Assembly: GCA_002292165.1 (NCBI GenBank)
Contig: DBBK01000259.1
Span: forward strand, 1-50,083
Source: Brevundimonas sp. UBA986
GTDB taxonomy: Bacteria > Pseudomonadota > Alphaproteobacteria > Caulobacterales > Caulobacteraceae
Direction: 5' to 3'
DNA length: 50,083 nucleotides
Position numbers and translations under genes: made by a program. Under the pieces are notes generated by a model that was given only the letters and a program-made list of their open reading frames with translations, made no database searches and was not told where the DNA came from. Numbering within the stretch: the stretch's first letter is position 1; every line of letters begins with the position of its first letter. Below, piece after piece: positions 28,734 to 36,661 of this stretch.

Positions 28734-29329
28734 GGTCGGCGCCACAGGGCGAAACCGGCCACGCCGATAGGCCCAAGCCCGGCCAGGGCGATGAACCGCT
28801 GGACCAGACCGCCATATGCCGCTCGATCGACGGGAATGACGCCGGCCATGATCAGCACCATGACGACCAGCATCAGCAAGGCGCCGATGAAGACGATCCG
28901 CCAAGGCTTCAGCGTTCGAACCATGAAGGCGGCTACGGTCAGAAACAGAGGCACGGCCAGCAGGGCTGGTCCCGTCGGATTGATCCGGTGGCGGGGGTCC
29001 GGCAGCGGAAACAGCCCAGCCCAGATGCAGCCCGCGGCGGCGATTGTCACGGCCAAAACGATCAGGATATTGAGGATCAGCGGGCACCCGTCGGCCCGAA
29101 GCGCTCCGAACAGGCCCGCTGCCCCCGCCAGCCCACAGGCGCCGCAGAGGAAGGCGACCGCATTGAACACGGCGGCATGGGGAGATTTGTCCGAGCCCAG
29201 CAGACTCGCCGCATCGGTCAACGGGCTATAGCCCGGGAAGGTCGGCCAAAGGGCGATCTGGACGCCGAAATAGAGGATCGGCAACAGCACCGCCCCGAGC
29301 AGCAGAATGGATGTCCTCGATTGGGTCAT
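28730..29329 (-). CDS. DUF998-like membrane protein
   Basis: PGYS...AASLLG, GLFP.PDPRH, GLVQR; about 5 TM. Confidence 0.75.
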   Translation of the reverse strand: MTQSRTSILLLGAVLLPILYFGVQIALWPTFPGYSPLTDAASLLGSDKSPHAAVFNAVAFLCGACGLAGAAGLFGALRADGCPLILNILIVLAVTIAAAGCIWAGLFPLPDPRHRINPTGPALLAVPLFLTVAAFMVRTLKPWRIVFIGALLMLVVMVLIMAGVIPVDRAAYGGLVQRFIALAGLGPIGVAGFALWRRP

Positions 29330-29427
29330 GGCGCGGTCCCCTCAGCGCAACGACGCCTAGAGCAGGGTTTCAGCGGCGTCCACTTAACCCCCTGTCATGT
29401 TGCTCGCCCCTTGCCGCGCGCCTCATT

Positions 29428-29453
29428 CGAATATATGAAACGCATACATATCG
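29428..29453. promoter_or_regulatory. AT-rich imperfect palindrome, putative operator of the ParD-like/map operon
   Basis: CGAATATATG-AAACG-CATACATATCG directly upstream of ATG 29472. Confidence 0.4.
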
Positions 29454-29471
29454 TGTACTCAGAGACACCCC

Positions 29472-29690
29472 ATGGGCATCGTCAATATCGAGGACGAGCT
29501 GCACGAGCAGCTGCGCCGCGCCGCCAAGGCCGCCTGCCGCTCGACCAACGGCCAGGCCGCCTTCTGGATCAAGATCGGCATGCTGTGCGAACTCAATCCC
29601 GGCCTGACCTTCCAGGAACTGGTCGCGCGCGAGCTGAAGGCGGCGGGCGTCGAGTCCGTGGATCAGGCGGCCCGGACTTTGGCGGCATGA
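29472..29690 (+). CDS. ParD-like family (ribbon-helix-helix) protein
   Basis: MGIVNIEDELHEQLR..AKAACRSTNGQAAFWIKIG..CELNP. Confidence 0.85.
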   Translation: MGIVNIEDELHEQLRRAAKAACRSTNGQAAFWIKIGMLCELNPGLTFQELVARELKAAGVESVDQAARTLAA

Positions 29691-30454
29691 CCAAGACCCC
29701 GGCCGAGGTCGAGCTGATGGCCGAGGCGGGCGCCCTGCTGGCCTCCGTCTTCGCCTATCTGGACGAGCAGCCGCTGGCGGGGATGAGCACGCTTCAGGTC
29801 AATGACCTGGTCGAAGCCTTCATCGTCAACAAGCTGCGCGCCCGCCCGGCCTCCAAGGGCCAGTACGGTTTCGCCTTCGCCCTGAACAGTTCGAGGAATG
29901 AGGTGGTCTGCCACGGCGTGCCGTCGCCGGACGAAGTCCTGAAGGACGGTGATATCGTCAACTTCGACATCACGCTGGAGAAGCACGGCTTCATCGCCGA
30001 CTCCTCAAAGACCTATCTGATCGGGAATGTCGCGGCCCCGGCGCGCAAGCTGGTCAAGGCCACCTATGACGCCATGTGGAAGGGCATCCAGGCGGTGAAG
30101 CCCGGCGCGACGCTCGGCGACATCGGCTTCGCCATCGAACAGCACGCCAAACGCCAAGGCTATTCGGTGGTGCGCGATTTCTGCGGCCACGGCATCGGCC
30201 GCGAGATGCACGAGGCGCCGCAGGTGCTGCATTTCGGGCGGCCGGGTCACGGGATGACGCTGCGCGAGGGCATGGTCTTCACCATCGAGCCCATGCTTAA
30301 CCAGGGCCGCCGCACGGTCCGCACCGAGGACGACGGCTGGACCGTGGTCACCACCGACGGCAAGCTCTCCGCCCAGTTCGAGCATACGGTCGCGGTGACG
30401 AAGGACGGGGTGCGAGTTCTGACGCTGAGGGCCGAGGAACGGGCGGCGGCCTAG
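29687..30454 (+). CDS. map: Type I methionine aminopeptidase
   Basis: VVCHGVP, GDIVNFDIT...ADSS, GHGIG.EMHE, FTIEPM, AQFEHT; ATGA overlap. Confidence 0.95.
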   Translation: MTKTPAEVELMAEAGALLASVFAYLDEQPLAGMSTLQVNDLVEAFIVNKLRARPASKGQYGFAFALNSSRNEVVCHGVPSPDEVLKDGDIVNFDITLEKHGFIADSSKTYLIGNVAAPARKLVKATYDAMWKGIQAVKPGATLGDIGFAIEQHAKRQGYSVVRDFCGHGIGREMHEAPQVLHFGRPGHGMTLREGMVFTIEPMLNQGRRTVRTEDDGWTVVTTDGKLSAQFEHTVAVTKDGVRVLTLRAEERAAA

Positions 30455-30906
30455 GTCTCCGCCGGCTGGTAGCGGTGCAGCAGGAAGCGGTTCCAGCCCT
30501 TTCTGTTGCGGCTCTCGACCGCGAAGCAGAAGCCCGGCTCTTCGTCGTCCGCGGGCCAGTAGATCATACGCGCGAGCCCCGCCGGCATCCGGGCCTCGAA
30601 GGCCACGGCCTGCGGATGGACGTCCGAGCCGTCCGCCAGCCGGCCCATCGACCGCTTGCCGTCGTTGGTGAATGAGAAGAAGGACAGGCCCCCGTCATCT
30701 CCGGCGCCGAACAGGGCCACCTCCCGGTAGTCGCCGCGCTCGCCCATATTCCACACCGCCTCCAGCCGGACCCAGCCCTTGCCGAAGGGCACGAACGTCC
30801 GCGTACAGACCATGACCTGACCGTGCGCCTCGGCCTCGGCGACCCAATCGCCCATCAGCGGCTTGAGCGGCCCCAGCAAGCCGCGACCCGGCTTCCAGCC
30901 GCTCAT
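30451..30906 (-). CDS. Hypothetical protein, predicted beta-rich
   Basis: 151-aa ORF with ATGA overlap to the desaturase; host-like codon usage. Confidence 0.72.
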   Translation of the reverse strand: MSGWKPGRGLLGPLKPLMGDWVAEAEAHGQVMVCTRTFVPFGKGWVRLEAVWNMGERGDYREVALFGAGDDGGLSFFSFTNDGKRSMGRLADGSDVHPQAVAFEARMPAGLARMIYWPADDEEPGFCFAVESRNRKGWNRFLLHRYQPAET

Positions 30907-31892
30907 GCCGGATCCGTCCGCGACGCGGCTTGCCTCAGCACCGCAAGATAACCCGGCGCGATTTCCATTCCCTCAGCCTGCGGACGGGCGCCGATCTCGC
31001 GGTGCAGGCGGGGCAGGCTCCAACAGGGGACATGCATGAACAGGTGGTGCTCGGCATGGAAATTGACCCAGTAGGGGGCGATCAGGGCGCGCTCCCACCA
31101 GCCGGCGCGGGTGGTGCGGGCGGCGCGGTAGGGGTCAGTCGCCGAGCCCTCGACGCAGGCGTGTTCGGCGATGTTCCGCAGACGCGTCACCAACGGGAAC
31201 CAGGTCGCCATCGGCAGCAGCCACAGGGCGAACCAGGCCCACCAGACCCCGGCGGCGACGAAACCGGCGAGCATGGCCAGATTGACCAACAGGAAGGGCA
31301 GAACCGACCGGCCCGTGACGATGGAATCATAGTCATGAGCTTCATTTTTTTGGCTACCGCGCGTCGCGCTACTTGAGCCCGCCGCCTCCGCGTTCGCCTT
31401 CCTCGCCATGGCGATGGGCAGCAGGACCCGCTGCTTGAAGAAGGTCTGGCCGGTCAGGTCGCGGATCATCTTGCGGCGCAGGGAGGCCGGCGTCACCGGG
31501 AAGGGCGCCGACAGCATCAGGTCCGGGTCCTCGGGCTGCTGGGCGAAACGGTGGTGGGACAGGTGGTAGGGGCGGTAGGCGCTGAGCGACGCCCCGATCG
31601 GCACGGCGCACAGCCAGTGACCGAGCCAGTCGTTGAGCTTCAGGTTCTTCGCCAGGGCCCCGTGCGCGGCCTCATGCATCAGGATGGCCAGACCCAGCTG
31701 GCGCGTGCCGATGATCATGACGCAAACCGGGATCAGCACCGGCCAGATCACGCCCGCGACGACGGCCAAGGCGATGACGCCCCAGGCATGGGCGACCAGC
31801 AGCGGCCCCTTCCACGCCGAGCGCGACTGGAACGGCGCCCATTCCTCGGGCGTGAACAGGTCGGACGGCGAGACGCGGGGTGCGGCTGACAT
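30903..31892 (-). CDS. Membrane fatty acid desaturase family protein
   Basis: His boxes HEAAH, HLSHH and HAEHH; RNIAEH. Confidence 0.92.
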   Translation of the reverse strand: MSAAPRVSPSDLFTPEEWAPFQSRSAWKGPLLVAHAWGVIALAVVAGVIWPVLIPVCVMIIGTRQLGLAILMHEAAHGALAKNLKLNDWLGHWLCAVPIGASLSAYRPYHLSHHRFAQQPEDPDLMLSAPFPVTPASLRRKMIRDLTGQTFFKQRVLLPIAMARKANAEAAGSSSATRGSQKNEAHDYDSIVTGRSVLPFLLVNLAMLAGFVAAGVWWAWFALWLLPMATWFPLVTRLRNIAEHACVEGSATDPYRAARTTRAGWWERALIAPYWVNFHAEHHLFMHVPCWSLPRLHREIGARPQAEGMEIAPGYLAVLRQAASRTDPA

Positions 31893-31960
31893 GGGTTCAG
31901 GATAGCGCCGCAAGGAAGGCGGGACTAGCGTGCGCCCGATTCCGTCATCGGAGACCGGAT

Positions 31961-32341
31961 ATGCGCCCGTTTCGCCTGATCGTTTCCACCCTCGCCCTCG
32001 CTGGAATTCTGACCGTCGGTCAGGGCGTCACGCCCCTCGCCTCGACTGCACGGGCGGCCAGCTTCGACTGCGCCCGCGCCCGCTCGACCGACGAGCGGGC
32101 CATCTGCGGCAACCGCGTTCTGGAGGATCGCGACGTCGAATTGTCCGTCCTCTACGGTCTGATCCAGAAGCTGGTGCCGATGGGATCGCGCGACGCCATC
32201 CGGCGCGAACAGGCCCAATGGTTGGCGGGGCGCGGCCGCTGCGGCGCCGACGTCCCCTGCCTGCGCCGCGCCTATGACCGCCGCATCGCGGCCTTGCGCG
32301 CCACCATCGACGAGCGGGTGGTCTCGAACGGTCCATTCTGA
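31961..32341 (+). CDS. LprI-like (lysozyme inhibitor family) secreted protein
   Basis: Signal peptide; AASFDCARA...ERAIC, Q..WL..R..CGAD..CL..AY..RI. Confidence 0.82.
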   Translation: MRPFRLIVSTLALAGILTVGQGVTPLASTARAASFDCARARSTDERAICGNRVLEDRDVELSVLYGLIQKLVPMGSRDAIRREQAQWLAGRGRCGADVPCLRRAYDRRIAALRATIDERVVSNGPF

Positions 32342-32343
32342 AC

Positions 32344-32418
32344 GTCAGGCAGCCCTGACGAAAAGTCATGTTGACCTTACACGAAGGTCGTGTCATGTTC
32401 TCCTGACATCAAGTCAGG
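32344..32418. promoter_or_regulatory. Array of XRE-type operator boxes GTCA(G/T)G-N4-CCT(G/T)AC
   Basis: GTCAGG-CAGC-CCTGAC (32344-59), GTCATG-TTGA-CCTTAC (32365-80), GTCATG-TTCT-CCTGAC (32392-407), half-site GTCAGG (32413-18). Confidence 0.75.
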
Positions 32419-32428
32419 AGAACGCGTC

Positions 32429-32833
32429 ATGCTCGCGCTCGGCAAATCGACCACCCCGGCTCACCGGAAATACGTCATCCGGACCATGGCCTTCATGATC
32501 CCCTATGCCCTGGTCAATACGGGAGCCATCTTCGGCGCCTTCGACGAAATCATGGGCAAGCCTGCCGCCTGGGTTCTGGCGCTGGTCATTTCGGCGCCCG
32601 TCGTCGGTCAGATCTGGGCGACGCTCAGCCTGATCCGCGACTCCGACGAGTTCGTGCGCGCCCTGACCGCCAAACAGTTCATTATCGCCTCGGGCCTGTC
32701 GATGGCGGTCGCCAGCATGTGGGGCTTTGGCGAGAGCTATGCCGGCGCCTATCACCTGCCCGCCTGGCTGATCTATCCGCTGTTCTGGTTCTTCTGGGGC
32801 GTCAGCGCGCCCTTCATCCGGACCTCGAAATGA
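32429..32833 (+). CDS. Four-TM membrane protein coupled to the XRE regulator
   Basis: AGGAG RBS; TM helices with a DEF.R loop; ATGA overlap with the XRE gene. Confidence 0.82.
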   Translation: MLALGKSTTPAHRKYVIRTMAFMIPYALVNTGAIFGAFDEIMGKPAAWVLALVISAPVVGQIWATLSLIRDSDEFVRALTAKQFIIASGLSMAVASMWGFGESYAGAYHLPAWLIYPLFWFFWGVSAPFIRTSK

Positions 32834-33027
32834 AGAACCGGCTGAAGCTTCTGCGCGTCGAACGCGGCTGGACCCAGGAACAGCTGGGTCAGGCGCTGGG
32901 GGTCTCGCGTCAGGCCGTCAACGCCCTCGAGACCGAGAAGCACGACCCCTCCCTCGACCTCGCCTACCGGGTGGCCGTGCTGTTCGCCCGGCCTGTCGAA
33001 GACATCTTCGAAAACCCGCACGCCTGA
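32830..33027 (+). CDS. XRE-family helix-turn-helix regulator
   Basis: MKNRLKLLRVERGWTQEQLG..LGVSRQAVNALE..KHDPSL.LA. Confidence 0.93.
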   Translation: MKNRLKLLRVERGWTQEQLGQALGVSRQAVNALETEKHDPSLDLAYRVAVLFARPVEDIFENPHA

Positions 33028-33032
33028 CCTCG

Positions 33033-33059
33033 CCTGACGTAAAGTCAGGATAACCTTAC
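33033..33059. promoter_or_regulatory. XRE-type operator upstream of the alpha/beta hydrolase
   Basis: CCTGAC half-site (33033-38) plus GTCAGG-ATAA-CCTTAC (33044-59). Confidence 0.7.
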
Positions 33060-33072
33060 AAGGATATATGAG

Positions 33073-34014
33073 ATGTTCCACGCGCTCCTGCGCGGCGCCT
33101 GCGCGCGCCCATTCCCCAAGGTCGCCATTCTGGTCGCCATCATCACGGCGATCAGCGTCAGCAGCCGTCACGCTCACGCTGAAACGCCCCAACCTCAGGC
33201 TTCCGCTGGCGCCTTCGCCTCCGACCGGCTGTCGGTCGAGGTGATCGGCTCCGGCCCCGACGTCATCCTGATCCCCGGCCTCGCCTCCGCGCGCGAGGTG
33301 TGGCGTTCGCTGGCGGCCCGACTGTCGGCGGCCCATCGCGTCCATCTGGTCCAGCTGTCCGGCTTCGCGGGCGAACCCTGGAGCCACGGCGACGGCGCCT
33401 TCGTCGCCCCCGAGGTCGAGGAACTGGCCCGCTACATCCGCACCGCCGGTCTCGACCACCCCGCCGTCATCGGCCATTCCATGGGCGGCCTCTCGGGCCT
33501 GCTGCTGGCCCAGGCCCACCCCGAACTGGTCGGGCGACTGATGAGCGTCGACTCCCTGCCCTTCTTCAGCGCCATGTACGGACCGCAGGTCACGGCGGAA
33601 CAGGCCCGCCCCTTCGCCGATCAGGCCGCCACCGGCATCCTGTCCGCCGATGAGGCGACCTTCCGCGCCCAGCAGGCCCAGACGGCCGCCGGCCTCGTCC
33701 GCGATCCCGCCACCCGCGCCCTCGTCGTCGAATGGTCCATGGCCAGCGACCGCCGCGCCCTCGCCGCCGCCCTGAAGGACGTCATGACCACCGACGCCCG
33801 CCCCGGTCTGGCCGGCATGACCACGCCGGTCACCGCCGTCTATGCCTCGGACGCCGACGGCGGCGCCCCCGCGGCCATGGCCGATGGCCTTTGGGCGCAC
33901 GAATACGCCGCCCTGCCCGGAGTGAAGCTGGTCCGCGTCGACGGCAGCCGCCACTTCATCATGGCCGACCAGCCCGCCCGCTTCGACGCACTGATCGATG
34001 AGTTCCTGAAGTAG
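33073..34014 (+). CDS. Secreted alpha/beta hydrolase
   Basis: LIPGL oxyanion loop, GHSMGG nucleophile elbow, SRHFIM catalytic His; signal peptide. Confidence 0.9.
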   Translation: MFHALLRGACARPFPKVAILVAIITAISVSSRHAHAETPQPQASAGAFASDRLSVEVIGSGPDVILIPGLASAREVWRSLAARLSAAHRVHLVQLSGFAGEPWSHGDGAFVAPEVEELARYIRTAGLDHPAVIGHSMGGLSGLLLAQAHPELVGRLMSVDSLPFFSAMYGPQVTAEQARPFADQAATGILSADEATFRAQQAQTAAGLVRDPATRALVVEWSMASDRRALAAALKDVMTTDARPGLAGMTTPVTAVYASDADGGAPAAMADGLWAHEYAALPGVKLVRVDGSRHFIMADQPARFDALIDEFLK

Positions 34015-34017
34015 CGC

Positions 34018-34866
34018 CTAGCCCTTCGGCATCACCGGTGCGCCGGCGAACTCGTCGGCATAGGCGGGGGCCAGCAGGCTGCGGATCGCGGCCTGCGGCA
34101 CCGGCACCTGATAGGCGCCCTCGGCATAGGGGCCGACCTGATAGGGGCCGACGAGGAAGACCAGACCGCCCGCCTTGCCCGGCTCGGTGCTCGGGGCCAG
34201 AACGATGGGGGTGTCGGCGGCGTGGGGGCAGCTCCAGCCCGAGGCGTCCTTGGGGTTCAGGCTGACGGTCTCGGCCTGCGGGTCGCGCTTGCGCTTCTCG
34301 GCGTTGACGGCGGTGCACAGCAGGCCGTCCAGCGCCGAGAGGGCCACGCCCGGCTTCAGCAGGCCCGCCGCCGTGACCGGCCGCTTCATCGCCTTGTCCC
34401 ACAGGACGCCGGTATAGGCCGTATTGCCGTGCGCCCCGCCGGTGAACTCATAGTCCGACCGGGCCAGGCTGAAGAGCTTGCCGGTCTCGACCGGGGTGTC
34501 GAAGGTGATCAGGGATTCATAGGCGGGCATGCCCTGATCGCCGCCGGCCTCGGTGCGGTCTGCCTGGGCGCCCTCGACGAAGGCCTTCAGGTCCTTGACC
34601 GATTCCGAATAGAGGCGGACGTGCAGGTCGGGCTGGTTGCGCACCGCCTCGGGCAGCTTCAACTCGACCGTGGCGTACGGCGTCTCGGACTTGTAGCCGA
34701 AGGGCGCGCCGGCCGAGGCGGGGGTCTCGGTCACGGTCGCCGCGGGGGCGGACGCCGGAGCGGCAGCCTTGTCCTTGTCGCGGTTGCAGGCCGACAGGGT
34801 CGCGGCGACGGCGGCCACAGCGAGGGGGGTCAGCAGCAGGGCCTTGATCATCCGGGCGGAGGTCAT
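34018..34866 (-). CDS. DUF4163/DUF3298 (RsiV-like) lipoprotein
   Basis: Lipobox LSAC; YEFTGGAHGN; PYQVGPYAEG. Confidence 0.82.
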   Translation of the reverse strand: MTSARMIKALLLTPLAVAAVAATLSACNRDKDKAAAPASAPAATVTETPASAGAPFGYKSETPYATVELKLPEAVRNQPDLHVRLYSESVKDLKAFVEGAQADRTEAGGDQGMPAYESLITFDTPVETGKLFSLARSDYEFTGGAHGNTAYTGVLWDKAMKRPVTAAGLLKPGVALSALDGLLCTAVNAEKRKRDPQAETVSLNPKDASGWSCPHAADTPIVLAPSTEPGKAGGLVFLVGPYQVGPYAEGAYQVPVPQAAIRSLLAPAYADEFAGAPVMPKG

Positions 34867-34879
34867 GCGGAAGGGCTCC

Positions 34880-35902
34880 TCAGGCGAAATGGACGGCGCC
34901 GAGCGCGAGGGCGCCCAGCAGGATGAAACCGGCTTCCCGGTTCGACTTGAACAGTTTCAGCGCGAGCGTGGCGTTCTCGGGGCGAAGCGTCCGCACCTGC
35001 CAGACCAGATGACCCGCGTAGACCAGGACGGCGGCGTAGAACAGCGGCCCCAGTCCCGCCGCCCAGCCGGCGGCGAGGGCGCAGAGCACCGTCAGGACAT
35101 AGAAGGTCGCAACGCCCTGTTTGACCGCCGGGCCCAGCCGCCGCGCCGAGGACTTCACCCCGACCATGGCGTCGTCCTCGATGTCCTGAAGGGCGTAGAC
35201 GGTATCATAGCCCAAGGTCCAGAATACCCCGCCAGCATAGAGAAACAGGGCCGGCAGGGCGTCCTGAAGGCTCCAGACGGGTTCCAGGGCGCCGGCGCTC
35301 GCGCCAGTCTCCACCGAGGCCTTGGCGACGAAGCCGGCGGCCGCGACCGTCACGGCGGCGGCGAAGCCCATCAGGGCGCCCCAGTTGAAGGTCAGGCCAA
35401 GCCAGGCCTGGGGCCACCAGGTGATCCGCTTCATGAAGGGATAGGCCGCGACGAGGGCCAGCGATCCGACGCCCAGTAGGATGGCGGGGAGGTTCAGGGT
35501 GAGCAGGATCAGCAGGCTGATCAGGCTGCAGCTGATGACGAAGGCCCAGGCCTGTTTGACCGAGATCCGGCCCGACGGGATGGGGCGCAGGGCGGTGCGC
35601 GAGACCTTCGCGTCGATGTCGCGATCCACGATGTCGTTGAAGGCGCAGCCCGCGGCCCGCATCAGGCACGCGCCGAGGCCGAAGCCGACGAACAGCCACA
35701 GGGCATAGAGGCCGGGCGCTTCGGAATAGCGGGCGTGGGCGAGCGCGATCCCCTGCCAGCCGGGCAGGAGCAACAGCCAGATGCCGATGGGGCGATCGAA
35801 GCGGCCCAGCTTCAGCCACGGCTTCAGGGCTTCCGGCGCATGGGCGTCGACCCAGTTGCGGCTCGCGTCGGGAAGGGGCGCATCAGGCAGGGCGGAGGAC
35901 AT
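34880..35902 (-). CDS. ubiA: 4-hydroxybenzoate polyprenyltransferase
   Basis: RFDRPIG, NDIVDRDID...RT..RP, YPFMKR, YDTVYALQDIEDD..GVKS. Confidence 0.96.
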   Translation of the reverse strand: MSSALPDAPLPDASRNWVDAHAPEALKPWLKLGRFDRPIGIWLLLLPGWQGIALAHARYSEAPGLYALWLFVGFGLGACLMRAAGCAFNDIVDRDIDAKVSRTALRPIPSGRISVKQAWAFVISCSLISLLILLTLNLPAILLGVGSLALVAAYPFMKRITWWPQAWLGLTFNWGALMGFAAAVTVAAAGFVAKASVETGASAGALEPVWSLQDALPALFLYAGGVFWTLGYDTVYALQDIEDDAMVGVKSSARRLGPAVKQGVATFYVLTVLCALAAGWAAGLGPLFYAAVLVYAGHLVWQVRTLRPENATLALKLFKSNREAGFILLGALALGAVHFA

Positions 35903-35935
35903 GCCGTCTTCTAGCGCCTTCGGGGGCGGGCCGAG

Positions 35936-35967
35936 AAGGGCGGACGCGGCGGCGCCCGCCCCTTTTT
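35936..35967. terminator. Terminator-like hairpin downstream of the lipoprotein operon
   Basis: AAGGGCGGACGC-ggcg-GCGCCCGCCC(C)TTTTT. Confidence 0.5.
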
Positions 35968-35975
35968 CCGGTCTG

Positions 35976-36374
35976 CTAGGGCAGTCGGACCGGGTTGGTC
36001 ACGCTGACCGACTTGCCGGGCTGAAGGCCCAGTTCTTCGTAGGTCCAGCGCAGCTCGACGCCTTCGGGCACAAGGGCCTTGCAGGCGTCGGGCGTGCGGC
36101 GTGTGAGCGTCAGGCGGGTCGGCCCGTCGCCTTCGGAAACCTCGACCGCGAAGGCCGAGGCGTCGGTGCAGCCGTTCGAATCGGCCCGGACCACCAGGGC
36201 GCCCGGTTCGAAACGCACGGCGCGCAGCACCTCCAGATCGTCGCTGGAGGCGATGGTGGTGTGCGACCCGACGCGGACGGAGACCTTGTCCTCTCCGCCG
36301 CTGTCATAGATCACGCAGGCCCCCAGCAGCGGCGTGATCGCCGCCGCCAGAAGCAGGCCCTTGACGGCACGCAT
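35976..36374 (-). CDS. Hypothetical lipoprotein, paralog of 37778-38185
   Basis: Lipobox LGAC; SNGCT, RR.PD.C, EGVE..W..EELGL.PG..VSV.NP. Confidence 0.82.
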   Translation of the reverse strand: MRAVKGLLLAAAITPLLGACVIYDSGGEDKVSVRVGSHTTIASSDDLEVLRAVRFEPGALVVRADSNGCTDASAFAVEVSEGDGPTRLTLTRRTPDACKALVPEGVELRWTYEELGLQPGKSVSVTNPVRLP

Positions 36375-36493
36375 TACTGGGCGTCGGCCGGGGTGGTCTG
36401 GACGACGCGGGTGGTCGGCTTGTCGGTGGCGATGATGATGCAGCCCGACAGCAGCGGGGCGGCGATGGCGATGGCGAGGGCGAGACGAAGCAT
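36374..36493 (-). CDS. 39-aa micro-lipoprotein, not in the ORF track
   Basis: MLRLALAIAIAAPLLSGCIIIATDKPTTRVVQTTPADAQ; LSGC lipobox; AAGGGG RBS; TAATG overlap with the next gene. Confidence 0.78.
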   Translation of the reverse strand: MLRLALAIAIAAPLLSGCIIIATDKPTTRVVQTTPADAQ

Positions 36494-36661
36494 TGGTGAG
36501 ATCCCCTTACTGAAGCTTGTGATCCTTGATCACCCGACGCCGTTCAAAAGACACGTGAATAATCGGAAAGGGTTTCACGCCTGACGGGTCCGTGGGCGGC
36601 GCCCCTTGATCCGATCCGCAACCGGCATAGCTACTGAGCCTCCTCCGCCACGGACGCTTTC

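Noticed and set aside
28988-29686. Long N-terminal extensions in the ORF track (map from 28988, methyltransferase to 29087, porin to 48542, fghA to 46813)
   Set aside because: They overlap other genes or lack an RBS; downstream starts with RBS or stop-start overlaps fit the family lengths better.
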